In this document: positions 26,502 to 35,617 of the stretch, one piece after another
Numbering within the stretch: the first letter of the stretch is position 1
Layout: the number at the start of each line of letters is the position of its first letter
IMG/VR virus record: IMGVR_UViG_3300020045_015549
Location: 1 to 37,032 of that record
Length of the DNA stretch: 37,032 bases
Direction: 5' to 3' (one strand)
Origin: a virus
Taxonomy: Duplodnaviria; Caudoviricetes
Program-made: the position numbers and the translations under genes
Notes under the pieces: model-generated
Databases searched by the model: none
What the model was told of the DNA's origin: nothing
Seen by the model: only the letters and a program-made list of their open reading frames with translations

Positions 26502-27194
26502 ATGGCGCAAGCTGTCTCCGACGTCCTTAGAACAATGAGACTAGCTCTCGGTCGGAGAAATGAAAACGATCCCGACAGCAATGATGATACACTCCATCAA
26601 TACATCAATGATTTCGCCAATCTCACGATGTCCGATGATGTAAAGCTTTTTGAGCAGTTCGGAACGTTGCGCTTCACCATCGATGATACCAACACAACTG
26701 GCGTCTATACTTTCAACGATGTAGGCGCAGACGCCAGCTTCACTAACATTTCCCAGGAAGCTTTCATTACCTTGACCGATCCACCTGATGAGTCAGTTTC
26801 GTGGAATCAGTTGTATGTCTATCAGGACCCAGGCGTATTCTTCTTGGAATGGGGCGTAAACAACTCCGAGATCCTCATCCCTGGTTATCCTACCGAGATG
26901 CTCTATTACGGGACAGAAATGACTTTTAGGACCATCCCAAACACCTCCTACGATGTCATCATCTACGGCTACAAAATCCAGCCTACCTTTTCAAGCGTAG
27001 GAGATCCCGATATTCCCTTTGACTACTGGATGAGATACTTGGCCTATGGCGCTGCCATGAACTATGCCAGGGACTTTCGGTTTGAGGAAGATAAGCTTGG
27101 AATGCTCAACAGGCACTTCCAGCATGAGAGGAAGCAGCTATTGACAAGGACCCATAACCAGGTGAAGCAGCAAAGGGCATACCCTCGGTTTTAA
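26502..27194 (+). CDS. Putative head-tail adaptor (tail tubular protein A-like)
   Basis: Size, position and FRTIPN..Y.V...Y / W..YLAYGAA pattern. Confidence 0.65.
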   Translation: MAQAVSDVLRTMRLALGRRNENDPDSNDDTLHQYINDFANLTMSDDVKLFEQFGTLRFTIDDTNTTGVYTFNDVGADASFTNISQEAFITLTDPPDESVSWNQLYVYQDPGVFFLEWGVNNSEILIPGYPTEMLYYGTEMTFRTIPNTSYDVIIYGYKIQPTFSSVGDPDIPFDYWMRYLAYGAAMNYARDFRFEEDKLGMLNRHFQHERKQLLTRTHNQVKQQRAYPRF

Positions 27195-27196
27195 AT

Positions 27197-27418
27197 ATGA
27201 AAATCACTTACGAATTTGACCCTTACGAAGACAAGAAAGAGCTGAAAATGGTTCAGCGGGCAAGTGATTATCACTCAGCTCTCTGGGATGTGACAGCACT
27301 CATACGCGACTATCACAAATATCATGCGACGGAAGAAGATGCAGTAAGTAAGCTGAAGGACCTCTTGGATAAGATTGAAAGGGAACTGGAAGGCTACGGG
27401 TACTGGGAGCAGGATTGA
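27197..27418 (+). CDS. Hypothetical protein
   Basis: 73-aa ORF in the operon. Confidence 0.65.
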   Translation: MKITYEFDPYEDKKELKMVQRASDYHSALWDVTALIRDYHKYHATEEDAVSKLKDLLDKIERELEGYGYWEQD

Positions 27419-27419
27419 T

Positions 27420-27596
27420 ATGGCAAAAGATTGGATCGCGGGAGCGATAAAGAATAAAGGATCTCTGAGAAAAGAACTTGGAGTTAAAAAAGGGAAGACC
27501 ATCCCTAAGTCCAAATTGAAAGCTGCGGCTAAGAAGAAAGGAAAAATTGGTCAGAGAGCTCGGTTAGCGGAGACCCTTTCAAAGTTTAGGAAATAA
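27420..27596 (+). CDS. Small highly basic protein
   Basis: MAKDWIAGAIKNKGSLRKELGVKKGKTIP...RARLAETL; AGGA SD. Confidence 0.7.
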   Translation: MAKDWIAGAIKNKGSLRKELGVKKGKTIPKSKLKAAAKKKGKIGQRARLAETLSKFRK

Positions 27597-27598
27597 GG

Positions 27599-27733
27599 AT
27601 GCCATTCAAAAGTAAAGCTCAACGCGCCTATTTGTGGGCAAACAAACCAGAGATGGCTAAGGAATGGGAATCTGAGACGCCTAAAGGGGCAAAGCTCCCT
27701 AAGAAACTAAAGAAGAAAAGGAAAAAGAAATGA
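27599..27733 (+). CDS. Small highly basic protein, 44 aa
   Basis: Manual read MPFKSKAQRAYLWANKPEMAKEWESETPKGAKLPKKLKKKRKKK; ATGA overlap with the next gene. Confidence 0.7.
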   Translation: MPFKSKAQRAYLWANKPEMAKEWESETPKGAKLPKKLKKKRKKK

Positions 27734-27942
27734 AAAAGAAAAAGCCCAAAGGGCGCATGGTGTCTGGCAAAAAGTACGCCCAGGACCTAGAGAAGTATGA
27801 CGATAAGGAAGCGGAAGTCGATAACCACCCATCCAGGCGTCCTAAGGACATTGCAGATGCCCTAGCCAAGTCTAAAGGCAGCCGGAGTAAGAAACCCAGG
27901 GTCAAGCCACAGAAGAAAATGTCCGGTCGCGGTAGGAGGTAA
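27730..27942 (+). CDS. Small highly basic protein
   Basis: 70 aa, K/R-rich. Confidence 0.65.
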   Translation: MKKKKPKGRMVSGKKYAQDLEKYDDKEAEVDNHPSRRPKDIADALAKSKGSRSKKPRVKPQKKMSGRGRR

Positions 27943-27944
27943 TT

Positions 27945-28583
27945 ATCGTCTGGAACAGCACTTCGCCCGATGGGAGCGTGTCAGTCAAAAATAATACGAC
28001 ACCCATGCAGCAAAATACGACCTATACAGAAACGGAGATGAATAAAGATCATTTCTGGAACATAGGCGTCAATGAAGATGGCCATCATCAATTCGCTCAG
28101 ATGCAGTCTACGAACGTAGATGACCCTACACTAGCTACCAATCCCACTTTAGCTACGGGAATGGATCTCGTCTATTATACACGAAAAAAGATTGCTGCTG
28201 AATCCACCTCTCAACAAGACATGCAACCATTCGCAAGGACTACGGGAGCTATCATGCAGCTCCTCGGTATCAGAGCGATGGCCTTATTTGATGTGAACGG
28301 AACCCTTGCATATGCTCATAATGTAACTAGCGTAACCCATCAAGCCACAGGAAGATATTCAGTTGCTTTTACCACAGCACTCCCATCTGACAATTATGCA
28401 GTGATCGGAGGAGGGATGGCCAACACTTCAAATTCTACCTTCACTCCCATGCAAGTAGGACAGAGTAGCGGAGCGTCGGTTGCTGCCAGGAAAAATACAA
28501 CAAGCGCCATCATTCTTTGCAGCACAAGCGGAGGAACTCTCACAGATCCTCTTCAAGCTTGGGTCATCATGTTTGGGGGATAA
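27945..28583 (+). CDS. Putative tail-associated structural protein (probable ATC start)
   Basis: AGGAGGT SD 4 nt before ATC 27945; in frame with track ORF 27978-28583; NVTSV....TGRYSVAFTTALPSDNYAV fibre-like domain. Confidence 0.7.
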   Translation: MVWNSTSPDGSVSVKNNTTPMQQNTTYTETEMNKDHFWNIGVNEDGHHQFAQMQSTNVDDPTLATNPTLATGMDLVYYTRKKIAAESTSQQDMQPFARTTGAIMQLLGIRAMALFDVNGTLAYAHNVTSVTHQATGRYSVAFTTALPSDNYAVIGGGMANTSNSTFTPMQVGQSSGASVAARKNTTSAIILCSTSGGTLTDPLQAWVIMFGG

Positions 28584-30446
28584 ATGGATGTCATCGAGAT
28601 TGCCGGTTTCCCTACAGGGATTGACAGGTCCGGCGTAGACTTTGAAGAGCCCCTCGATGCTTTGGAAGTGCTAAGGAATGGATACGTCTATCGCCAAGAG
28701 CTAAAGTCTAGACTTGGCTTTTCACAATTCTCATCTGGAAGGCTGGCTGGCAATACCCGTGTGATGGGGATCTTTGAAAATATCCATCCAGATGGGACAA
28801 GAGAATCTCTCATAGTCGACAAGAAATATCTTTACACCTACAACTCTGGCACAAACACCTACGACCAGGTTGCCTTCACAAGCGCCGATCCCATTGTAGA
28901 TTTTGGCATTACCAATAATGAAGATTACGTTTCTGGAACGACCTACCTCACCAAGACAGGCACGAAGCGCTTTGTCTTCACTGGGAAGGGGATGTCCGAC
29001 ATTTACTTCTATGAGACAGCTGTCGGAGGGGTCAAGAGGTTTACAAATGCCGTAGACAATCCTGATTACCAAGCCCCCGCCGCAGGTGCGCTTACTAAAG
29101 CCACAACAGTGATATGGTTCGGGGAAAGACTGAACTTCTTTTCCCCAGTCATAGCTTCCCAAGTACAGGCCCAAGCCATCCTTTACAGTGCCATTAGAGA
29201 TTCTTCAGGAAACGGAGACAAGTTCAACTCGCCAGGCGCAGGCACAGCCGTATGTGACACCTATGAAACGATGAATGGCGCAGTAACGAATGGCGATGTA
29301 GTCGTAATGACCTTCCAAAGGTCTACCTGGGTGCTAGAGAAGACGCGAGATGCTTTTACACCATATTTCACGAGAAAAGTTCCCTCGGTCTTAGGAACAG
29401 ACGCCCCCTTCTCTGGCGTGGCTTGGAATTATGAAGTCAAGTCGATCGGTCAAACGGGGCTACTGACGACAGATGCTAGGCAGTCTTTACGTTTTGATAA
29501 CCGCATCCCTTACCTCACACAAGATGAATTCGATCAGGAAGAGTTTCAGCTCACCTATGGAGGCTTTGACAGGATCAATGGCCAGTTCTTATGGGCTTAC
29601 AGGGATACCGAATCTCAATTAACTGATCTGACTCAGGATAGGGTGTTAGTTTACAACTACGAATTCTCTACCTGGGCGATCAACGACCAAAGATTTAGCT
29701 GTTTCGGTCAAACCGTCCAAGGACAAAACCTCACCTGGAGCCAAATAGATGAGACTCAAGATCCTTCGTGGCTGAGATGGGATACGACAGAAGAAATATG
29801 GAATAAGATCGGCGTAGGTGCAGAGATCCAAAAGACCTTAGCCGGAGACAATCTAGGCTTCATCTATCAAATCAACACCGACTACGACGATTACTTCGTC
29901 GCAGTGTCAGCGATAAGTAAGGCAAGCAGCGCCGTCGCAACCGTCGCTGCTTCTGCCTTCCAGATAGGCGACAATGTTATATTTGAAAACGTCGAAGGGA
30001 TGACCGAGATCAATGGACTTGAATGTACCGTCACCGCAGCGACAACGACAAGCATCACCGTCAACATAGACTCTACCAATTTCACGACCTACACAGGAGC
30101 AGGGTCACTATCCAAGCTGATTGAGTTTGAGGCTGAATTTAGCCCTTTTAACCCCTACAGGAAGGAAGGGAGACAGGTGTACGTCTCCCATGTAGAAGTC
30201 TTGCTCAATACTCATGGCGGAGGGGTGTATGTCGATGTTTATGATGATGAGGAGGAATCTCCCTTCAAAACGTCTCACCTAGTCCCAAGTGATGACACGA
30301 CAAGCGCAAGAGAATGGATCACCTTTATCGTCGATCAAGAAAGCAACTTCATGACCTTCCTCTTTAGAAATAACAGCGCGGGCAATCAAACAATCATCAC
30401 TTCCATTAGAATCCATTGCAGCAGGGGAGCGTTCACCGATGGCTAA
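28584..30446 (+). CDS. Tail nozzle/stabilisation protein (tubular B / P22 gp10-like) with inserted E1-FCCH-like domain
   Basis: 620-aa beta-rich protein in the podovirus tail position; ISKASSAVATV...FQIGDNVIFENVEGMTEING insert. Confidence 0.7.
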   Translation: MDVIEIAGFPTGIDRSGVDFEEPLDALEVLRNGYVYRQELKSRLGFSQFSSGRLAGNTRVMGIFENIHPDGTRESLIVDKKYLYTYNSGTNTYDQVAFTSADPIVDFGITNNEDYVSGTTYLTKTGTKRFVFTGKGMSDIYFYETAVGGVKRFTNAVDNPDYQAPAAGALTKATTVIWFGERLNFFSPVIASQVQAQAILYSAIRDSSGNGDKFNSPGAGTAVCDTYETMNGAVTNGDVVVMTFQRSTWVLEKTRDAFTPYFTRKVPSVLGTDAPFSGVAWNYEVKSIGQTGLLTTDARQSLRFDNRIPYLTQDEFDQEEFQLTYGGFDRINGQFLWAYRDTESQLTDLTQDRVLVYNYEFSTWAINDQRFSCFGQTVQGQNLTWSQIDETQDPSWLRWDTTEEIWNKIGVGAEIQKTLAGDNLGFIYQINTDYDDYFVAVSAISKASSAVATVAASAFQIGDNVIFENVEGMTEINGLECTVTAATTTSITVNIDSTNFTTYTGAGSLSKLIEFEAEFSPFNPYRKEGRQVYVSHVEVLLNTHGGGVYVDVYDDEEESPFKTSHLVPSDDTTSAREWITFIVDQESNFMTFLFRNNSAGNQTIITSIRIHCSRGAFTDG

Positions 30447-30705
30447 AGTACCAGAATACTATCAGATCGGCGACCGGTCCAATATGACGGTAGAAAGGCT
30501 GCTAGTCATAGTGGAAAATATGTATCGCGACTTGAGTGTAGCGCTCAATAAAAAGCCAGACGTGTACCAGCGTGCAAGTAATGGGCTTACGACTGATACT
30601 TTCCTATCCAACGGAGACATCTCCATAAACACATCAACGAGAAAGGTTGAGATGCTGACCGAGCATAGTTCTACATCGGCGGTTGTCTGGACTACACTCA
30701 GTTAA
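30439..30705 (+). CDS. Hypothetical tail-region protein
   Basis: 88-aa ORF overlapping the nozzle stop. Confidence 0.65.
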   Translation: MAKVPEYYQIGDRSNMTVERLLVIVENMYRDLSVALNKKPDVYQRASNGLTTDTFLSNGDISINTSTRKVEMLTEHSSTSAVVWTTLS

Positions 30706-30717
30706 AGGAATAATTAT

Positions 30718-31362
30718 ATGGCAGCATGGATCCCAGCAGCAATCAGCGCAGGCGCAAGCTTAGGGGGCGCTTATCTAGCCAGTAGAGGAAAGAAAGAGAC
30801 AAAGATCCAGTCGCAACAGCGCCACTTGATCGACGACCTTCTCAATTCGCTCAAAGGGAGAGGATCGTATAACGATCTCTTTACAGCGAGCGAGGAAGAT
30901 TTCAATAGGTCCTTCAGAGATCCAGCTATGGCCAGGTTCAGGAATCAGGTAACGCCGCAAATTCAACAGGGATTCATCCAGAGCGGCCAGCAACGGGGTA
31001 CGTCGCTAGATGATACTTTGACTAGAGCGGGCGTAGACATGGATCAGCTCCTCAATCAACATTACATGCAGTATCAACAAGGGGCCATGGATAGGAGATC
31101 GGGGGCGCTGAATAGTATCTTGGGACAAGGTGCTGGCGCGCCAAGGCAGATGGGTGCAGGCGAAGCTTTAGGACAAGGGATTGGGGGCTATCTTTCACAA
31201 CCAGGAGCTAAGGATGATATTTCAAATATCATCAACTCTATACTGGGACAAAAACAACAAGATGATTCAAGAAATGTATTGACAGACACCTACATGCCTC
31301 AGCCCAAGGGATTTGAAAGAGATCCACAATATTATGATCCATATTCAGGAGTTATGCGATGA
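30718..31362 (+). CDS. Putative DNA ejection protein 1
   Basis: Gly/Ala-rich hydrophobic N-terminus, Q-rich body, position after tail genes. Confidence 0.6.
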   Translation: MAAWIPAAISAGASLGGAYLASRGKKETKIQSQQRHLIDDLLNSLKGRGSYNDLFTASEEDFNRSFRDPAMARFRNQVTPQIQQGFIQSGQQRGTSLDDTLTRAGVDMDQLLNQHYMQYQQGAMDRRSGALNSILGQGAGAPRQMGAGEALGQGIGGYLSQPGAKDDISNIINSILGQKQQDDSRNVLTDTYMPQPKGFERDPQYYDPYSGVMR

Positions 31363-32108
31363 GCGCACCATCCCCATTCGATGTAGGAAGAGCTATCGGT
31401 CAAAATGTCAGCGGAGCTTTTAAAGAGCAAAGAGACAGAAGCGCGCTGGATGATATATTAAGTCAAGCCATGTCAGCTGAAGATCCAGAAGCACATAACG
31501 ATGTCATTCGTCAAATCATCATGAGAGTATCGCCAGAAAGACGCCCAGAAGCCCTACAATTCGTTCAAGGACGCCAGGCACAGTTACAGGCGCAACAGAT
31601 GAGGCAGCGCCAGGCACAGGCATTGCAAGCCCAAGGGATCGATCCTGGGATTGCAAATCTGGAACCGAGCGTACAGAAGGAGTTTATTAAGAGCAGAGGC
31701 AAACAGCAACAAGAGTCAGCTGGACAAGATGCCACTCAGAGAGCTTTCACTAGACTTCGCGAACTTCACAAGAAAGGAAAAGTTGGCTTTGGATCAACTA
31801 TTACTCCAGCGTTCATGGGGGAAGAACAAGCAAAAGATGTAGGAGAGTTCAATTCACTTAGTGGAGCGCTAGAAGCGGCTCTTGTAGATAAAGTAAGCCG
31901 AGGAACTCTTTCTAACGCCCGATTCAAATACATCACAGAAACTCTTCTTCCTAAACCTGGAGATCGCTTAAAGACCATCGAAGGTAAACTTAAAGGTCTT
32001 GCAGATGTGTTAGGTCTAAAAATGGAAGATCTTCCAGAAATAGAGAAGAAACAAAAAAGCACAGAGCGTCAAAAACCTAAACTGTCATTGAAGGATATTT
32101 TCAAATGA
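31359..32108 (+). CDS. Putative DNA ejection protein 2
   Basis: Helical Q-rich protein, ATGA coupled. Confidence 0.55.
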   Translation: MSAPSPFDVGRAIGQNVSGAFKEQRDRSALDDILSQAMSAEDPEAHNDVIRQIIMRVSPERRPEALQFVQGRQAQLQAQQMRQRQAQALQAQGIDPGIANLEPSVQKEFIKSRGKQQQESAGQDATQRAFTRLRELHKKGKVGFGSTITPAFMGEEQAKDVGEFNSLSGALEAALVDKVSRGTLSNARFKYITETLLPKPGDRLKTIEGKLKGLADVLGLKMEDLPEIEKKQKSTERQKPKLSLKDIFK

Positions 32109-34123
32109 ACCCTTTTGAAAAGGCCAGAAAAGAAGGTTATTCAGACAAGGAAATATTTGAATACCTTCAGTCCGATGAAAAATACTCCTCAAAGATCAAA
32201 AAAGCCAAATCCGAAGGCTACAGCGATGAAGACATCTCTTCCTTTCTCTCTCAACCCCAGGAAAAAGAGAAACCTCAACGCCCTTTCTATGAACAATATG
32301 TAGAGCGTCCAGCACAACTATTAGGACAAAGCGCGGCTGCTGGATTTAGATCTTTGCCCCGGAGTGCCTTTGACCTGTTAAAAGCTGGAGTGCAAGGTGC
32401 TGGCGGAGATATCTCTAAACTAGAAGAAGCGCAAGCTAATGCCCCTCAATGGTTAAAAGAGACATCTAGCGAAACTTTCCCAAGTTATGAAAAAATGAGA
32501 CAGCGCCAAATTCAAGAAGGTGGAACGCAAGCGGAAGGACCGTTCGAAAAGGGAATAGAAAAACTAGGAAGATTTGCTGGAGAAGCTCCGTACTTTGGAG
32601 GGATTGGAGGAATACGGGGAGCAGCGGGAATTGCTGGAGCAGCTGTAGGATCTCAAGCGGGAGAAGAAATGGATCTAAATCCCTTGGGACAAGCCGCACT
32701 CACCTTGACTGGATCTTTCTTAGGACATACTGCGCCTACTCCCTTTCAGAAACTCTCCAAGCAAAAACTTACCCCCGAAGTAGAGAGCTACATTAAGGCC
32801 AGCAAAGAACTAGGGATTGATCCTCTTCTCACTGGGATGAATCCCAATCAAATCCAGAAAGTAGCACAGAAATGGGCCACCCACGGTATCGGAGGGCCTG
32901 AAATCCTTCAAGAGGCGTACAAGAGACGATCTCTCCAAGTGGCTAATGCATTTGAAAAGGCTATGGATGAAGCTGGAGAGAACCTATTCAAGGAACCAGA
33001 ACAAGCTGGGCAAGCTCTTAAAGAAGGCATCACCGATGCCACCAAACAGATAGAACACACTAAATCTCAACTTTATAGAGCAGTAGATAAGACCCTTCCA
33101 AAAGGAGCAACCATAAAGATTGCCGATCCAATAAAGCTAGAAAACAATCTTAAAGCATCAATGGAAGCTTTAGAAGATAGTCTTGCCCTTGCACCTGCTG
33201 AGTCTTCGGTCCATCTCCGACTAAAAAAGCTAAAAGGGAATCTGGAAAGCCTGCTCGATGTCAGAGACAATGAATTTCCTATTAAAACTTTAGAAGACAC
33301 CACGAGGTCTTTACATGACGTAATCAAATATGAAAGACCTGGAGGAGCCGATAAGCTTCTCATTCCATTCGATCGCGCTATTAGAAAAGAATTGGACAAC
33401 TACGGAAAGATCAATCTCAAATACGCTACCGCTCGTAAAGCTGCTAATGAGTACTTTGCTAACGATGTAGTCCATATCCGTCAAAACCTTCTTCAATCGA
33501 TAGCTCGCAGCGAACGGCCAGAAAGTACACTTGCGATCATGAATACAGTAAGCGGCATAAAAAATGTAGAGCGCGCCCTAAATTCCCTTCCTAATGGGAA
33601 GAAGATGACAGAGGCTCTGAAGAGATACAAGCTTCAATCCATGCTCAAAGACAAACTCATCGATGGGTCTACCGGACTGATGAAGGTAGGAGGATTAAAA
33701 AACTTCCTTAACAGGAAAACGGATCAGTATCCAGTATTCAGAGAACTCGCAGGACCTAAAGGAATAAGAACGCTAAAACTTCTGGAAGAATCAGGAAAAG
33801 GGCTGGAGAAGGGCTTTAACAATCTAGTTAACCCGTCAAAGACGGCTGATACTCTGATAGCCATTCAATCAGTCGTAGGACCATTTGAAAGGATAAGCGA
33901 AGGAGTTACAAAAGGGCTACAAGGGAACTTAATCGGCGGAGCATCGGAAGCTGCTTTGGGATCGGCTGGAATCTTAGCCCCTAAATGGGTAGCCAAAATA
34001 ATCTTAAAACCTAAACTAGCGGAACAGGTATTCGCCCTTTCAAAGGCGGCTCAAAAATCAGACTGGAAAGCTTTCAATAGAATCTTGGACATTTTGGACG
34101 ATGATTTTAAAAAAGAAGAGTGA
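32105..34123 (+). CDS. Putative large DNA ejection protein
   Basis: 672-aa helical protein; N-terminal duplicated ARKEGYSDKEI / AKSEGYSDEDI module; Gly-rich membrane-like segment. Confidence 0.6.
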   Translation: MNPFEKARKEGYSDKEIFEYLQSDEKYSSKIKKAKSEGYSDEDISSFLSQPQEKEKPQRPFYEQYVERPAQLLGQSAAAGFRSLPRSAFDLLKAGVQGAGGDISKLEEAQANAPQWLKETSSETFPSYEKMRQRQIQEGGTQAEGPFEKGIEKLGRFAGEAPYFGGIGGIRGAAGIAGAAVGSQAGEEMDLNPLGQAALTLTGSFLGHTAPTPFQKLSKQKLTPEVESYIKASKELGIDPLLTGMNPNQIQKVAQKWATHGIGGPEILQEAYKRRSLQVANAFEKAMDEAGENLFKEPEQAGQALKEGITDATKQIEHTKSQLYRAVDKTLPKGATIKIADPIKLENNLKASMEALEDSLALAPAESSVHLRLKKLKGNLESLLDVRDNEFPIKTLEDTTRSLHDVIKYERPGGADKLLIPFDRAIRKELDNYGKINLKYATARKAANEYFANDVVHIRQNLLQSIARSERPESTLAIMNTVSGIKNVERALNSLPNGKKMTEALKRYKLQSMLKDKLIDGSTGLMKVGGLKNFLNRKTDQYPVFRELAGPKGIRTLKLLEESGKGLEKGFNNLVNPSKTADTLIAIQSVVGPFERISEGVTKGLQGNLIGGASEAALGSAGILAPKWVAKIILKPKLAEQVFALSKAAQKSDWKAFNRILDILDDDFKKEE

Positions 34124-34125
34124 TT

Positions 34126-34353
34126 TTATCGGTTTACTTCTTCTACGTGCCTTTCCCATGCATCTTTGATCTTTTTACGAAAAGGACGGGTTTTACATTC
34201 AATCTTTTCCGTTCCTACCTCAATACAGCACCCGATCATTAGCAAAGCCCAAAGCAAAAAGAAAACACCAAATATTATGAAAGCAGCCCATCCAATGAAA
34301 CTGAGAACAGCCGCTGAACCAAATAACAATATCATTACGATAAGAAAATTCAC
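34126..34353 (-). CDS. Small membrane protein B (hydrophobic hairpin)
   Basis: GTG start after GAAGGGGGAAGGG; about 45-aa hydrophobic stretch then charged tail. Confidence 0.6.
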   Translation of the reverse strand: MNFLIVMILLFGSAAVLSFIGWAAFIIFGVFFLLWALLMIGCCIEVGTEKIECKTRPFRKKIKDAWERHVEEVNR

Positions 34354-34372
34354 CCCTTCCCCCTTCAATCTT

Positions 34373-34513
34373 TTACAAAATCCACTCTATAAAATATGCC
34401 ATTCCCATCCCCACACACAAAATCACACAAAACACTATCCCATACCCTCCCAGGAAACTAAGGATGCCTGCCGACACAAACAGAAGTATCGACGCAATAG
34501 TAAAAGGATTCAC
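34373..34513 (-). CDS. Small membrane protein A (paralog of B)
   Basis: Same 19-bp initiation region; GTGA overlap with the upstream stop; ILLF.SA..LSF.G shared. Confidence 0.6.
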   Translation of the reverse strand: MNPFTIASILLFVSAGILSFLGGYGIVFCVILCVGMGMAYFIEWIL

Positions 34514-34713
34514 CCCTTCCCCCTTCTTGATCTTTTCATCTCGCGTTCCATCATCTGGATGTATTTCTCTTCCAATCGGCACAGACGACCGTGGAAGTCC
34601 GTAATGGCAGCGTGGAAGCCTTTCATCTCTTTGTACGACTCCCTGTGAAGGTACCAGACCGAGCCCACTGTAGAGGCTGCGATCGTTAGTGCGTGAAACC
34701 ATTCCATTGTCAT
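34510..34713 (-). CDS. Small protein with N-terminal TM helix and coiled coil
   Basis: MEWFHALTIAASTVGSVWYL...DFHGRLCRLEEK. Confidence 0.65.
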   Translation of the reverse strand: MTMEWFHALTIAASTVGSVWYLHRESYKEMKGFHAAITDFHGRLCRLEEKYIQMMEREMKRSRRGKG

Positions 34714-34719
34714 AGACAT

Positions 34720-34756
34720 ATGATAGGGAAAGTGGCTATTTATGTCCACACCTTCC
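34720..34756 (-). promoter_or_regulatory. Sigma70-like promoter with operator-like motif
   Basis: TGGACA-N17-TATCAT preceded by GGAAGGTG; ATG follows 6 nt after the -10 box. Confidence 0.6.
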
Positions 34757-34854
34757 CACTATGCCCATTTACACAATCCATGCACAATAGCAAGTAACTG
34801 TAATTGTATATGTTAGCGGTTATGTAAAGGAGAAATTAGATAATGGCGACACAA

Positions 34855-35103
34855 TCAATCTGTTGCATCTAACCATGCGCCCCATCTCTTTAAATAGATC
34901 ATGGTTTCGTAGACGATATCCAATCCATGTTCGGCGCATTTATTGGGGTCCTTAAGAAATGCTTCGTGTTCTCTTCTTCCCCGCACGTCTATTGTTTTTC
35001 TCTGGGGTAAGGAGGGAGGAAGTCCTCCTTCATCGATTAAAGGCGTAGGTTCGGTGTTTAGGTGTTGGTATATTTTCATGACTCTCTCCACAAAGTTTAA
35101 CAC
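34855..35103 (-). CDS. Hypothetical protein
   Basis: 82-aa ORF; start uncertain. Confidence 0.5.
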   Translation of the reverse strand: MLNFVERVMKIYQHLNTEPTPLIDEGGLPPSLPQRKTIDVRGRREHEAFLKDPNKCAEHGLDIVYETMIYLKRWGAWLDATD

Positions 35104-35161
35104 ATTGACATGGCAACTTTTAACATTTCTATGGGGAAAATGTGAAGTTATTCTTTAACAA

Positions 35162-35611
35162 TCAATCAGGCTGCTTGAAGTCGCCACGCATACCCGCGGC
35201 TAACAGCTTGGCGAAGTTCGTCGCCTCTTCCTGTTTGATGCCGCGATCGCGTTCAGCTTGGCGGTCTTTTAAGTGTTCTTCGTGATGGTAAAGCATCCGG
35301 TCATGAAGAGAAGCATTCCGATTGTAGGCCGCCTGATGTAACTCACCCTTAGCGAGTTTGTCTTCCCGATGACGCGCAATTCTCTCTTTTGCTTTTCGAA
35401 GGGCTAAGGAAAACTTCTGAGATTTTTCAGCAAAATCACACAGATCTTGCGCTAGATACGGCTTGGCATCTGTAAAGCCATAAAGGTGGATTGCATCCGG
35501 AGATAGCGACCAAGCTTCAAGATCGTCAGCTTCTTTTTCGTAATCGTATTCACGAGGGCGACCATTCTTTACAGGCTCTTGGGATTTCTTTTCGGATTTG
35601 GCGGCGGCCAT
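35162..35611 (-). CDS. Putative terminase small subunit (P22 gp3-like DNA packaging protein)
   Basis: N-terminal GRPREYD motif, FSLALRKAKERI helix, typical size. Confidence 0.65.
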   Translation of the reverse strand: MAAAKSEKKSQEPVKNGRPREYDYEKEADDLEAWSLSPDAIHLYGFTDAKPYLAQDLCDFAEKSQKFSLALRKAKERIARHREDKLAKGELHQAAYNRNASLHDRMLYHHEEHLKDRQAERDRGIKQEEATNFAKLLAAGMRGDFKQPD

Positions 35612-35617
35612 AGCCAC

